From Candidatus Enterousia sp. (GTDB lineage: Bacteria; Pseudomonadota; Alphaproteobacteria; Rs-D84), in NCBI GenBank assembly GCA_045613345.1, contig JAZLAT010000017.1:42005-106004 (forward strand): 64,000 bases of DNA. The letters run 5' to 3'. The position numbers and the translations under genes are program-made. Every line of letters begins with the position of its first letter. Position 1 is the stretch's first letter. The notes under the pieces are model-generated. The model searched no databases, had not been told where the DNA came from, and saw nothing but the letters and a program-made list of their open reading frames with translations. Below are positions 38,095-47,810 of the stretch, one piece after another.

Positions 38095-38642
38095 TGGCTA
38101 CTACTACGACAAAGAAAGCGACAACAGCCAAGGCGGCAACGACCAAGAAAGCCACCCCGGCAAAAAAGACAACAACTGCGACAAAAGCGGTAGCCGCAAC
38201 AAAAACAGTTGCAGCGGCAAAAAAGACTACCGCAACAACGGCGACACCAAAATTGAATAACGCAACTTATGCAACTGGCAAACGTAAAGATTCCGTTGCA
38301 CGCGTATATTTGATGCCGGGCAAGGGGAACATTGTTATCAACAATCGCCCGATGGTGGAATACTTCCGCCGTCCGGTGTTGCAAATGATTTTGAACCAAC
38401 CATTTGCGGTAACCAAACGCGAAGGCGCATATGATGCGTTCGTAATGGTTATCGGTGGTGGTTTGTCGGGCCAGGCAGGTGCGGTAAAGCACGGTCTGTC
38501 CAAGGCATTGGAACGCGCAGAACCAGATTTGCGTGCGGCATTAAAGGCGGCCGGGTTCCTTACCCGCGACAGCCGTGTTGTCGAACGTAAGCACTATGGT
38601 TATCGCAAGGCACGTCGTTCAACCCAGTTCAGCAAACGTTAA
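38094..38642 (+). CDS. rpsI: 30S ribosomal protein S9 with an Ala/Thr/Lys-rich N-terminal extension of about 50 aa
   Basis: The core [12 protein letters not shown]..through..[12 protein letters not shown] is canonical S9. The TAATG junction overlaps rplM. Confidence 0.9.
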   Translation: MATTTTKKATTAKAATTKKATPAKKTTTATKAVAATKTVAAAKKTTATTATPKLNNATYATGKRKDSVARVYLMPGKGNIVINNRPMVEYFRRPVLQMILNQPFAVTKREGAYDAFVMVIGGGLSGQAGAVKHGLSKALERAEPDLRAALKAAGFLTRDSRVVERKHYGYRKARRSTQFSKR

Positions 38643-38676
38643 TCCAAACGATGCTGTACTTGGTACAGAAACAAAA

Positions 38677-38706
38677 AACGGGCGCAATTCGCGCCTGTTT
38701 TTTTAA
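38677..38706 (+). terminator. rho-independent terminator after rpsI
   Basis: AACGGGCGC-AATTC-GCGCCTGTT followed by a T-run. Confidence 0.65.
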
Positions 38707-38723
38707 TTTTTTATATCACCCTT

Positions 38724-38755
38724 CAGTAACCACCAACACTTACACTGGCCACTTA
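38724..38755. repeat. solo right arm of the palindromic element family
   Basis: cagtaaccaccaacacttacactggccactta. No partner arm lies nearby. Confidence 0.5.
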
Positions 38756-38826
38756 AAATCATATTGAATTTCGGAAAAAATCGTGTATACTGTTCCCGCA
38801 AAACGTTTCAGCAAAGGATTATACCT

Positions 38827-40134
38827 ATGATAAAAAAAGATAAAATCAAAGACTTACATTATTCTGTGACGGGCGTTCTTGGGGCCGACGAAATCCAAGC
38901 CGCCGCCGATGAAATATTGACCGAATACGGCAAAACTGCAAAAATGCCGGGATTCCGGGCGGGACACGTGCCTCTTTCGGTTCTGCGTCAAAAATATAAT
39001 ACTACAGCAATTGCAGATGCGATTGATAAATTGATGAACCGCGACATGGAACAATATGCAACCGAACATAAAATCCGCCTTGCGGGTGCGCCAAAGGCCG
39101 ACTTGGGTAAATGGGAAATCGGCAAAGATGCAGAATATTCATTGGAATTCGATATCTTGCCGACTTTGCCGGAAATAGATTTATCTAAATTCACCGTGAC
39201 GAAAAAAGTAACAAAACTTGAAGAAGCCGAAGTGACGGGCGCAATCGAAAACCTGCGTCGCGCACGCAGCGTTGCGGAAAAGCAACCCGACGATTACAAG
39301 GCACAAAACGGCGATACCGCGGTCATTGACTTTACCGGATATATCGGCAAAGACGCATTCGAAGGTGGCGCCGCAAAAATGCACCACTTGGTTTTGGGGT
39401 CAAATTCCTTTATTCCGGGATTCGAAGACCAAATCATCGGTCACCATGCCGGCGAAGAATTCGATGTCAATGTAAAGTTCCCGACCGACTATCACGCCGA
39501 CAATCTGGCGGGCAAGGCGGCACGTTTTGCAATCAAACTGCACGAAGTCCGCAAACATATCTTGCCGGAACTGACCGACGATTTCGCACGCGAAATAGGG
39601 CGCGAATCTGTTGCCGACCTGACCGAGCATGTTCGGAAAATCCTGACCGACCAATATGAAGAAGTTGCAAAACAAGAAATGCGCAACGAATTGTTGGACG
39701 AATTGGCGGACAAAGTGAAACTGGAATTGCCAGAAACATTGGTCGCCCAAGAAGTCGAAATGGCACGCCACGAGCATGAACATCATCATGCACACTGTGA
39801 CGGCAAATGCGACGACCACAAATTCGACGAAAAACAGGAACGCCGCAACGCCGAACGCCGCGTCAAATTGGGGCTGATTTTGGCAGAGTGGGGCACAAAT
39901 AACCATGTTGAAGTGTCACGCGATGACCTGCAACAGGCAATTTGGGCCGAAGCCGCACGCTATCCCGACCCGAAACAAGTGTTCGAATTCTATAACAAAA
40001 ATCAAAATGCGCTGACTATGTTGCGTGGAATGATTTTCGAACGCAAGGCCGCCGATGCTATGTTGGCACAGGTCAAGACCAAGGAAAAATTTGTCAAACC
40101 TCAAGAGTTGTTCACTCCGGCAAAACCGAAGTAA
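38827..40134 (+). CDS. tig: trigger factor
   Basis: N-terminus ..KMPGFRAGHVP, an FKBP-type PPIase segment (GSNSFIPGFEDQIIGH), and the C-terminal domain. The MIKKDK start has an AAAGGA RBS. Confidence 0.9.
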   Translation: MIKKDKIKDLHYSVTGVLGADEIQAAADEILTEYGKTAKMPGFRAGHVPLSVLRQKYNTTAIADAIDKLMNRDMEQYATEHKIRLAGAPKADLGKWEIGKDAEYSLEFDILPTLPEIDLSKFTVTKKVTKLEEAEVTGAIENLRRARSVAEKQPDDYKAQNGDTAVIDFTGYIGKDAFEGGAAKMHHLVLGSNSFIPGFEDQIIGHHAGEEFDVNVKFPTDYHADNLAGKAARFAIKLHEVRKHILPELTDDFAREIGRESVADLTEHVRKILTDQYEEVAKQEMRNELLDELADKVKLELPETLVAQEVEMARHEHEHHHAHCDGKCDDHKFDEKQERRNAERRVKLGLILAEWGTNNHVEVSRDDLQQAIWAEAARYPDPKQVFEFYNKNQNALTMLRGMIFERKAADAMLAQVKTKEKFVKPQELFTPAKPK

Positions 40135-40160
40135 TTCACAATTTGACAAACCTAACAATT

Positions 40161-40186
40161 AAACGCCCGATTGGGCGTTTTTTTGG
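40161..40186 (+). terminator. rho-independent terminator after tig
   Basis: AAACGCCC-GATT-GGGCGTTT followed by a T-run. Confidence 0.7.
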
Positions 40187-40309
40187 TGGCACGACGCCGA
40201 AAATAGGGCAAAATTACCGCCCCGCCAACACAAAAACCGCCGCAAACCCGCAGAAATCCGGCACTTTTTGCAAATTTTCGGCTTAGAGTAGGGCGAAAAT
40301 CATAATTTT

Positions 40310-40342
40310 TAGTGATTAGTGTAAGTGTTAGTGGTCAGTGAG
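40310..40342. repeat. solo left arm of the palindromic element family
   Basis: tagtgattagtgtaagtgttagtggtcagtgag. Confidence 0.5.
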
Positions 40343-40625
40343 TTTTTTTCCTTTAAAAAAATGCATATGAAACAAAATGAACAAAAAATATAATTTTTCT
40401 AGTATAAAACAACCGCAAAACAAAAAAATAAAAATTGATATCACGAACAAATGAACACAAATAACCAAAACAAACGTATTTCTGTCACAGCGACGAAATT
40501 TTCACAACACATATATTTATTATGCTTATCGCGCTAATAGCAGCAGGAAACGGGTCTAAAGCCCAACGCGCTAATAAGCGCGCAAATTATAAAAAGACAT
40601 ATATTTATACGTTCATCTCGCTGAT

Positions 40626-40755
40626 ATAGCGGTTAGTGTTAGCCAGGAAAGACCGCATCTCTGTTATATTATGTATGAGTTATAACCGCATTTGCGGTCA
40701 TAGCGGTTAGTGTTAGACGGGAAAGACCGCATTTCTATTATATTATGTATAGTTA
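40626..40755. repeat. iteron-like direct repeats (two copies of about 57 bp, 74-bp period)
   Basis: atagcggttagtgttagMcRggaaagaccgcatYtctRttatattatgtatRagtta at 40626-40682 and 40700-40755. The ttatattatgtatagtt motif occurs a third time near 40784. Confidence 0.8.
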
Positions 40756-40783
40756 TGTGAGCGTTAGCAAACATATTATTTAT

Positions 40784-40834
40784 TATATTATGTATAGTTG
40801 AGGATGCTCTACATCCTCAACTATACATAATATA
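40784..40834. repeat. perfect hairpin/cruciform, 23-bp arms and a 5-nt loop
   Basis: tatattatgtatagttgaggatg-ctcta-catcctcaactatacataatata. Pairing was checked base by base. Confidence 0.9.
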
Positions 40835-41491
40835 TATTATGCGCCTTTTGTGTTTGCTCTTTTGTACACTCCCCCGACACGATTTTTTATTAACAAAATC
40901 ATTCAGCATGGCACGGCAAGTTTTCATATCTGCGCCCTGCTTTTTTTATGTGGAATATATTCATATTTGCGCAGCGGATTCAAAAAAATTTTTAATTTTT
41001 TTACGCAACGATAATTTTTTTGTGAATTTTGCCGACGCAGCCCACCCCAAAAATTTAATTCTTTATGCCCCGCCCTGCTTTTTAAAGCAACACTTTACAA
41101 CCCACAAATAACAATCCGATTTTACAGTATTATTTTAATTTTTGTATTTTTATAAAAATTATCAAAAAAACCATAGATTCCGCACAGATTTCAGCCATAA
41201 AAAATAGTTCTTGCATTAAAAAATCGATTTATGCTAGCATATAATCGGACTGGAAGAGATTTCGGTTTGGGGGCTGTAGCAAGCCTAAAAATACACCGGC
41301 ACATTATGTCGTAATCTATCAAAAATTCCGATTTTTGTGCCGAGATTATATTCCCCACCCGTTGGGGTGCCTTTGGTTATAATGCCTTGGCAAAAGACCA
41401 CTGGAATCGTTGTGTATTTCGATTTGCTAACACCCCGACATGTCGTTCGCGACAGCGTCTTTTTTGTCAACAGAAAAAAAAGGAAAGAAAT

Positions 41492-42268
41492 ATGAAAAAA
41501 ATTATATTTGCAATTATTTTGACAGCCGATGCTTTCGGTGTGCATGCCGAAAATGCGGGTATAACAACATCGCAATATTATGTAGATTCTAAATCGAACG
41601 AAAAGCAAGATGCGGCGCCGGCAAACGATGCAAACAGTGTCATGACATACGATTCGACCGCGACCGATGGCGTTGGTGCCAAGGCAATATATAATTCAAC
41701 CACATCTTATGAAACACAAAAGAAATCACTGGTAACGGCGGGCGTGGCAAACGCCGCGATTCAGAATGCAATCAATATGGAATTCACATGCGCAAATCCG
41801 CCAAAATGCAACCTGTGGAACATAACATCGGTTATTCCATCACGAAATTTACTAAACCCCGTGAATATACACCAAGGGACCATAAGCAGTGGCGTTGGAA
41901 CCCATGGTGTCGTTTTTAGTCCTCGCTATAACAGATGCTATTTTGATTTCATACCAGTTCACGCCGGTGATAAAGTAAACTTTACCTCACTCAATGGAAC
42001 CCCGCCAGCTTACCAATACATATGGTTATACTCTGATCAAAACGAAGAAAGTTATGCGCGTTTTATACATGGAAGTCAGATACTACCCGATGCAAATCAC
42101 AGCGGATACCAATTCACTATACCACAAGACGGTTATGTTCGCGGGATATGGTTATCAAATGAATACAATTTTACTACAAACGATATAAAAGAACCCATGA
42201 TTGAAATCTCGCCAACCCCAAGCCCATACGAACCGTATCAACCAATATACCTGCCGGAAAACCAGTGA
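41492..42268 (+). CDS. secreted protein, paralog P1 (shared N-terminal module, unique C-terminal domain)
   Basis: AAGGAAAG RBS and signal peptide MKKIIFAIILTADAFGVHA. The N-terminal roughly 100 aa align with the 45876-46742 product. C-terminus ends ..ISPTPSPYEPYQPIYLPENQ. Confidence 0.75.
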   Translation: MKKIIFAIILTADAFGVHAENAGITTSQYYVDSKSNEKQDAAPANDANSVMTYDSTATDGVGAKAIYNSTTSYETQKKSLVTAGVANAAIQNAINMEFTCANPPKCNLWNITSVIPSRNLLNPVNIHQGTISSGVGTHGVVFSPRYNRCYFDFIPVHAGDKVNFTSLNGTPPAYQYIWLYSDQNEESYARFIHGSQILPDANHSGYQFTIPQDGYVRGIWLSNEYNFTTNDIKEPMIEISPTPSPYEPYQPIYLPENQ

Positions 42269-42373
42269 TAGTGTTAGTGGTTAGTGTTAGTGGTTAGCAG
42301 TATCTTGGAATAAACCCGTAATTGCGAAATTATTCCAGAAAATACTGACCACTTACACTATCACTAACCACTT
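42267..42373. repeat. palindromic intergenic element, copy E5
   Basis: Starts inside the P1 stop codon (tgatagtgttagtggttagtgttagtggttag..) and ends 5 nt before the prfA stop. Confidence 0.9.
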
Positions 42374-42378
42374 GTCCC

Positions 42379-43443
42379 CTATTCCATCGCGGCAAGGCGT
42401 TCCAGTTGATCTGCGGCTATCAATGCATCTATCATTTCGTCCAAACCTTCGCCACCCGCCAAAATATCGTCCAGTTTATACAGTGTCAATTTAATACGAT
42501 GGTCCGTTACGCGCTGTTCCGGAAAATTATAAGTGCGGATTTTTTCACTGCGGTCGCCCGAACCAACCATGCTGCGCCGTGACGATGTCCGCGCCGCATC
42601 TTGCTCGGCCCGCTGCTTTTCGTAAAGTTTTGACCGCAAAACCGCCATAGCCGTCGCTTTGTTTTGAATCTGGCTGCGTTCGTTTTGACATGTAACCACA
42701 ATACCCGTCGGGAAATGCGTAATACGTACCGCGCTGTCGGTCTTGTTCACGTGTTGCCCACCCGCGCCAGACGCACGGAAAACATCGATACGAATATCTT
42801 TGTCTTCGATTTCGACGTCGATATCTTGGGCTTCGGGCATAACCGCCACAGACACCGCACTGGTATGGATTCGACCGCCCGCCTCGGTTTCTGGAACGCG
42901 TTGGACGCGATGAATACCCGATTCAAACTTCATCCGCGCATAGACCCCATCGCCGTCAATTTTGAAAATAATTTCCTTGTATCCGTGCAGGGATGTCGCA
43001 TTTTCTTCAACAATTTCGATCTTCCACCCGTGCCGCAGCGCATAAGATTTATACTGGTTAAACAAATCACCCGCAAACAGCGCGGATTCTTCGCCCCCTA
43101 CCCCCGCGCGTATTTCCATAATCGCACTGTTGTCGTCCGCATCATCACGCGGAAGCAAGGCAATCTGTAACCGTTTTTCTATATCAGGCAAGGCATGTTT
43201 CAATGTTTCCATCTGTTCCGCCGCAATATCACGCAACTCTGGGTCATGCTGCATTTCCACCGCGTCCGCAATGCCACGGGTCGTTTGAAAATACTCGTCC
43301 ACCAACGGCAGAATTTCCGCCAAATGAGAATACTCTTTGGACAATTTGGTCAATTCCGCACCAGAAACATCGCCCGAATTCATTTGCGCCGAAATTTCGT
43401 CTGCACGACGTTTTATATCCAAAAGCTTCTGTTCTATTACCAT
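42379..43443 (-). CDS. prfA: peptide chain release factor 1
   Basis: GGQ motif SGAGGQHVNKTDSAVRITH. The P-x-T tripeptide is present as PET. Confidence 0.9.
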   Translation of the reverse strand: MVIEQKLLDIKRRADEISAQMNSGDVSGAELTKLSKEYSHLAEILPLVDEYFQTTRGIADAVEMQHDPELRDIAAEQMETLKHALPDIEKRLQIALLPRDDADDNSAIMEIRAGVGGEESALFAGDLFNQYKSYALRHGWKIEIVEENATSLHGYKEIIFKIDGDGVYARMKFESGIHRVQRVPETEAGGRIHTSAVSVAVMPEAQDIDVEIEDKDIRIDVFRASGAGGQHVNKTDSAVRITHFPTGIVVTCQNERSQIQNKATAMAVLRSKLYEKQRAEQDAARTSSRRSMVGSGDRSEKIRTYNFPEQRVTDHRIKLTLYKLDDILAGGEGLDEMIDALIAADQLERLAAME

Positions 43444-44741
43444 TATTTGTCGCCCCCGCGTACCATTTGGATTGCGACCATTGGATTAACAGTCCGTTGT
43501 TCTCCCGACCGCATATTCTTGACAGACACAAGTTGATTTTTCGCTTCATCTGTGCCGATTATCACACTGAATTTCGCCATAATTTTGTCGGCATATTCAA
43601 TTTGGTTTTTGAACTTTTTATCAGTATCTAAATATGCCACAGACGGAATATTTGCCGTACGGAAATCATTCAAAACCTGCATCGCATAGGCCAAGTTTTC
43701 ATCACCCATAACCAGCACCGCGACATCAACATTTGACTCAAAAGGTGTCAAATCAATCTTGCCCGCCTCCATCAGCGCAACCAACAAACGCGACACACCA
43801 ATCGATGCACCAACACCAACAATTTTGGTTTTAGAGAACTTTGAAACCAAATTTTCATAACGACCACCACCACCAACCGCCGGCAATTCAGGATAATCTA
43901 TCGAAAAGAATTCAAACACTATCCCGGTATAATAAGAATGACCACGCATAATAGAAACATCTATTTCGGCATTTTTGACACCCATCGCGTCCAACAAGCC
44001 CATAAAACGATCCATTTCATCAATCGCCGCATCCAATTCAGGCGTTTTACCGGTAAAAGACCGATAACCATTTGTAAAGACCGCATCTATTTCACGCGCC
44101 GCCGCATCACCCACCGCTTCGATTAATCCGTCCATAAAATCAGACATCTTGTCGCGCTTGTCAATCAAAACAAATGCGTCACGTGCCTGGGTATCATTCA
44201 ACTTTAAATATGCGAACATCGCATTCCAAAAACGTCTGTTTCCAACCTTGGCCCGAACACCACCCACAATATCAGACACAGATTCATACATGCGCATAAT
44301 TGTCGCAACAATTTCGGCATCATAATTCAAAGACAATGTCTGGGCACCTAAAATATCAATATCCAATTGCCAAAATTCGCGATAACGACCGCGCTGAGGA
44401 CGTTCACCACGATAATTGCGCGCAAACTGGTATGTATAAAAAGGAAATGTCAAATCATTCAGATGCCCCGCAACAAAACGCGACAGACCAACCGTCCCGT
44501 CATAGCGCAACCCCATTTTCGTATCCCCTTTTTGAAACAAAAATATCTGCGTTTCAATTTCATCCCAGTTGTCTTTATCGGTCAAGACTTCGGCGCGTTC
44601 AATCGCCGGCAAATCAAGGCGCGAATAACCGCAATCACGCAAAACAGACTGCATCCGTCGTGCACATTCATCAAAGCACCGTTGCTGGGCTGGCAACAGT
44701 TCAATAAATCCAGATAAAGGTTTTGTTGGTTTCAAATCCAT
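43443..44741 (-). CDS. hisS: histidine--tRNA ligase (class II)
   Basis: Motifs RGHSYYTGIVFEF and GGGGRYENL and a C-terminal anticodon-binding domain. HisZ is not formally excluded. Confidence 0.75.
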   Translation of the reverse strand: MDLKPTKPLSGFIELLPAQQRCFDECARRMQSVLRDCGYSRLDLPAIERAEVLTDKDNWDEIETQIFLFQKGDTKMGLRYDGTVGLSRFVAGHLNDLTFPFYTYQFARNYRGERPQRGRYREFWQLDIDILGAQTLSLNYDAEIVATIMRMYESVSDIVGGVRAKVGNRRFWNAMFAYLKLNDTQARDAFVLIDKRDKMSDFMDGLIEAVGDAAAREIDAVFTNGYRSFTGKTPELDAAIDEMDRFMGLLDAMGVKNAEIDVSIMRGHSYYTGIVFEFFSIDYPELPAVGGGGRYENLVSKFSKTKIVGVGASIGVSRLLVALMEAGKIDLTPFESNVDVAVLVMGDENLAYAMQVLNDFRTANIPSVAYLDTDKKFKNQIEYADKIMAKFSVIIGTDEAKNQLVSVKNMRSGEQRTVNPMVAIQMVRGGDK

Positions 44742-44970
44742 TTTATTTTCCTCGCTTTATTTATGATTCGAATTATCCATGGGGCAACGCCCCGCACAAA
44801 CTTATTAGAAAAAGACACTAGTAATGACCGCCACAATGGGCGTGATGAAAAGCATAAAAAATCTGCGTCATAATCAACATGCCCGCATTATAACGGATTT
44901 CGTTTAGATTTTCAAGGTTTTTTTGGTAAATATTAAACGCACAATTAAAATTAGACACCTATCAAATCAC

Positions 44971-45146
44971 ATATTCCAGAGAGTTTCTGTTTTATTTTCT
45001 TGTTCCAGATACTGTCATTGCGGATTTAGTCCGCAACAGGGGCTATGAAATGCGAGCCGGTGTTTTCAGATTTATTCTGCGCAATCCGTCCCAAACTGCT
45101 TAGCCCTATTCCGGACCAAGTCCGGAATGACAGTTCTCTGGAATAT
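44971..45146. repeat. large imperfect palindrome sharing the TTCCAGA/TCTGGAA core but lacking GTTAGTG arms
   Basis: Outer arms atattccagaga / tctctggaatat. Inner arms ttccagatactgtcattgcgga / tccggaatgacagttctctggaa. Confidence 0.7.
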
Positions 45147-45196
45147 TTCATTTACTACTGCCCAATTGTAAATTAAATAGATTTTCTTGTATGAGA

Positions 45197-45796
45197 TTAC
45201 CGTAAATTACGCACATCGCGACGCAAACGATAAAGTTTCCAGAACATATACACATCGGCGACCGCATACAATGCCAAAATCATCGCCAAAAAGAACACCA
45301 TTATTCCAACCGCCACGTTCGGTATAAACAGCAATATCACCGACAGGCAAATCATCAAAATCGACACCAGAATATCAATCATATAGTGCCCGAAACCGAC
45401 CCGCGCCATATTTATTGCAAAGAACAACATGCGCAGTGCGTTCAGCAAGAACAGCACCACAAAAACATATATGATTCCAATCATTGCATCACGCGGATAG
45501 ACCAAGAAAACAATCCCCAAAATCAGCGTTACCAAACCAAAGAACACATCAAAACTGCCGACCCCAAGCCCCAGGTTCGACACAAAAACCATACTGACGC
45601 GATACAAGCCAAAAAGAACCAAAAAACAACCGATAACAAAAGTCACAGCACTTAAGATTTCAACCGGATGAATCAACATTAAAACCGACATTATTGCAAA
45701 CAACACGGCTTCAACCAGTAACATCGGTCCCGTGTTGTGATAAAGTTTATTCACCAATGCGCCAAATTTTGCAACTTTTGTATTATTTTTATTCAT
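45197..45796 (-). CDS. HdeD/DUF308-like membrane protein
   Basis: Six hydrophobic helices with a repeated pattern. The MNKNNTK start has a GGGGGAAAG RBS. Confidence 0.55.
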   Translation of the reverse strand: MNKNNTKVAKFGALVNKLYHNTGPMLLVEAVLFAIMSVLMLIHPVEILSAVTFVIGCFLVLFGLYRVSMVFVSNLGLGVGSFDVFFGLVTLILGIVFLVYPRDAMIGIIYVFVVLFLLNALRMLFFAINMARVGFGHYMIDILVSILMICLSVILLFIPNVAVGIMVFFLAMILALYAVADVYMFWKLYRLRRDVRNLR

Positions 45797-45875
45797 GCTT
45801 TCCCCCTGTGCATGGCACATACTATCACATTTGCAAAATTAAAACAAGCCGAATAAAAACACATCCTTATAAATT

Positions 45876-46742
45876 TTACGGCATGTATAACAATCCCAAC
45901 GCTTTTGCGGCGGCATCGGCGGTTGCGGGCTCGTTCCCCGCACCAAATATTTCGGTCAGGTCATAAATAGAATATTCATTTTGATCTACCATAACCCCTT
46001 GATTGCCACCAGGGTATAAACAGTGTAAAACAGGGTAATGATTTTGATTATCATTATCATCAAACTGGGCTTGAAATATTACACCATATGTACCCCATTC
46101 GTTTTTCACAGTAAATGTAGTTGTTGACATCGTGTCTCTTAGTATCTGACAATTTATAACCTCAGGAACGGTTGTCTTCATTTTTGCAGTCCAATAATAT
46201 TTATGCTCAGAGAAATAATTCTGTAAGCTTTTGTACAAACCAAAGCCAACATTCCCCGAATCGCGTCCCGAATCCATCAAAATCGTTGCAATTTTTGTGT
46301 TTGAATCAAAAGTGCCGTCTGCACCACTATTTCTACTAAACAACCCACTATTTCTGCGACTACCTATTAAATCATACTTTGCATAGTATTCCGACTTTAT
46401 TCCCCAAAGCCAACAATCGGTTGGATCTATGTTACTGTATTCTGTGCATATAAATTCGCCATTTATTGCCATTTGCACGGCGGCGTTCGCGGTTGCGGCG
46501 GTAACAAGTGCATTCTGTTGCGTATCATATGCGGTGCTTTCATCATAGATTGCTTTTTCCCCGATACCGTCGGTCGCGGTGCTGTCAAATGTCATTACCA
46601 CATTATTCCCCTGTGCCGGAATTGTTGGTTGTTTCGTGGCAAGTTCTGTATCAACATATTCTTTACTTGTTGCCGCATTTTCATTTGCCGCATAAGCATC
46701 AAATGTACATAACGCCATAAGATAAATTATAATTTTCTTCAT
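45876..46742 (-). CDS. secreted protein, paralog P2 (shared N-terminal module, unique C-terminal domain)
   Basis: Signal peptide MKKIIIYLMALCTFDAYA. ..VMTFDSTATDGIGEKAIYDESTAYDTQQNALVTAATANAAVQMAINGEF aligns with P1. Confidence 0.75.
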   Translation of the reverse strand: MKKIIIYLMALCTFDAYAANENAATSKEYVDTELATKQPTIPAQGNNVVMTFDSTATDGIGEKAIYDESTAYDTQQNALVTAATANAAVQMAINGEFICTEYSNIDPTDCWLWGIKSEYYAKYDLIGSRRNSGLFSRNSGADGTFDSNTKIATILMDSGRDSGNVGFGLYKSLQNYFSEHKYYWTAKMKTTVPEVINCQILRDTMSTTTFTVKNEWGTYGVIFQAQFDDNDNQNHYPVLHCLYPGGNQGVMVDQNEYSIYDLTEIFGAGNEPATADAAAKALGLLYMP

Positions 46743-47102
46743 GATTTTCTTCCTTTTTTCTTTAACTAACCACTAAACAAACATGTCGAATAGACATGTC
46801 GGGGTGTTCGAAAATCATGCAAGTTACGTGACTCCAGTGACCTTTTGCAGATGCATTATAGCCACCGGCACCCCAACACGGGGCACAAATCTCAACAGTG
46901 GTGCAAAACAGGGAAATTCCACCGGATAACGATGTATTTTTATTCTGCACCGGACATATACGGGCTTTCGACAGCCCCGAACCGAACACTTATCCGATTC
47001 AATATTAACTTTACCAGAAACCGCAAAAACAATGCAAGAGTTTTTTATACGAACACAATTTCTTTGTTGCAAGAACCGCTTTTCGCCCGTATAGTACAAA
47101 AC

Positions 47103-47810
47103 ATGATGTACACTGATGCACATTGTCATATTATGAACGACCACCCCGCCCCGGATGTTGCTGGGCGCATTATTTGTGCGACAAAGCCCCAAGAATGGGC
47201 GAATATATTGGCGGTGGCAAACGATATAACCTTTGCGGCAATTGGAATCCACCCATGGTATATTGCAAACATCGACGATAATTGGGCGACGCAGTTGCGC
47301 GAAATGTTGATTGCAAATCCAATGGCTATGGTTGGCGAAGTCGGACTTGATAAATATCATGACGATATGCCGAAACAAATCGAAATCTTTACGCGCCAAT
47401 TAGAAATCGCGGCGGAACTTGGACGCCCATTGCACCTGCACTGTGTCGGCGCGTGGGACAAAGTTTTGCACATATTCAAAGAACATTCCGGCAAAATGCC
47501 GCCCGCGATAATCGCGCACGCCTTTAATGGCGACACGGCACAAATTCCGGAATTAGCGAACAAATATAATATGTATTTCTCGTACGGTTCGGAACATAAT
47601 GACGCAAACACCGCGGCAAGAATTGCGGCCACACCGGCAACGCGAATCTTGTGCGAAAGCGATTCGTTTGATGCGATGGACGCGGTTGAAAAATTGACCA
47701 ACACGGTTGATTTGATTGCGACGATTCGTGGCATATCGCCAGATGAAACAACCGAACAAATAAATTCAAACTTTAATGGGGTCTTGTCATATGTGCGACC
47801 GATTGAATAG
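47103..47810 (+). CDS. TatD-family metal-dependent hydrolase
   Basis: MMYTDAHCH start with the HxH motif, plus VGEVGLD, HLHC and ESD motifs. The ORF-track start at 46845 adds an implausible leader. Confidence 0.8.
   Translation: MMYTDAHCHIMNDHPAPDVAGRIICATKPQEWANILAVANDITFAAIGIHPWYIANIDDNWATQLREMLIANPMAMVGEVGLDKYHDDMPKQIEIFTRQLEIAAELGRPLHLHCVGAWDKVLHIFKEHSGKMPPAIIAHAFNGDTAQIPELANKYNMYFSYGSEHNDANTAARIAATPATRILCESDSFDAMDAVEKLTNTVDLIATIRGISPDETTEQINSNFNGVLSYVRPIE

Noticed and set aside
40839-41111. 90-aa ORF in the non-coding tract.
   Set aside because: It has no RBS and an implausible Phe/Leu/Cys-rich composition, and it lies across repeated gccctgcttttt blocks.
40187-41491. Whether the long AT-rich gene-free tract is the chromosomal oriC.
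   Set aside because: I could not find TTATCCACA-type DnaA boxes or clustered TTAA-N7-TTAA CtrA sites, and there are no dnaA/hemE/parAB neighbours. It is kept only as an iteron or remnant hypothesis.
2026-42373. Whether the dispersed GTTAGTG elements form a CRISPR array.
   Set aside because: The copies are kilobases apart, each is an inverted-repeat hairpin rather than a direct repeat with spacers, and no cas genes are present.
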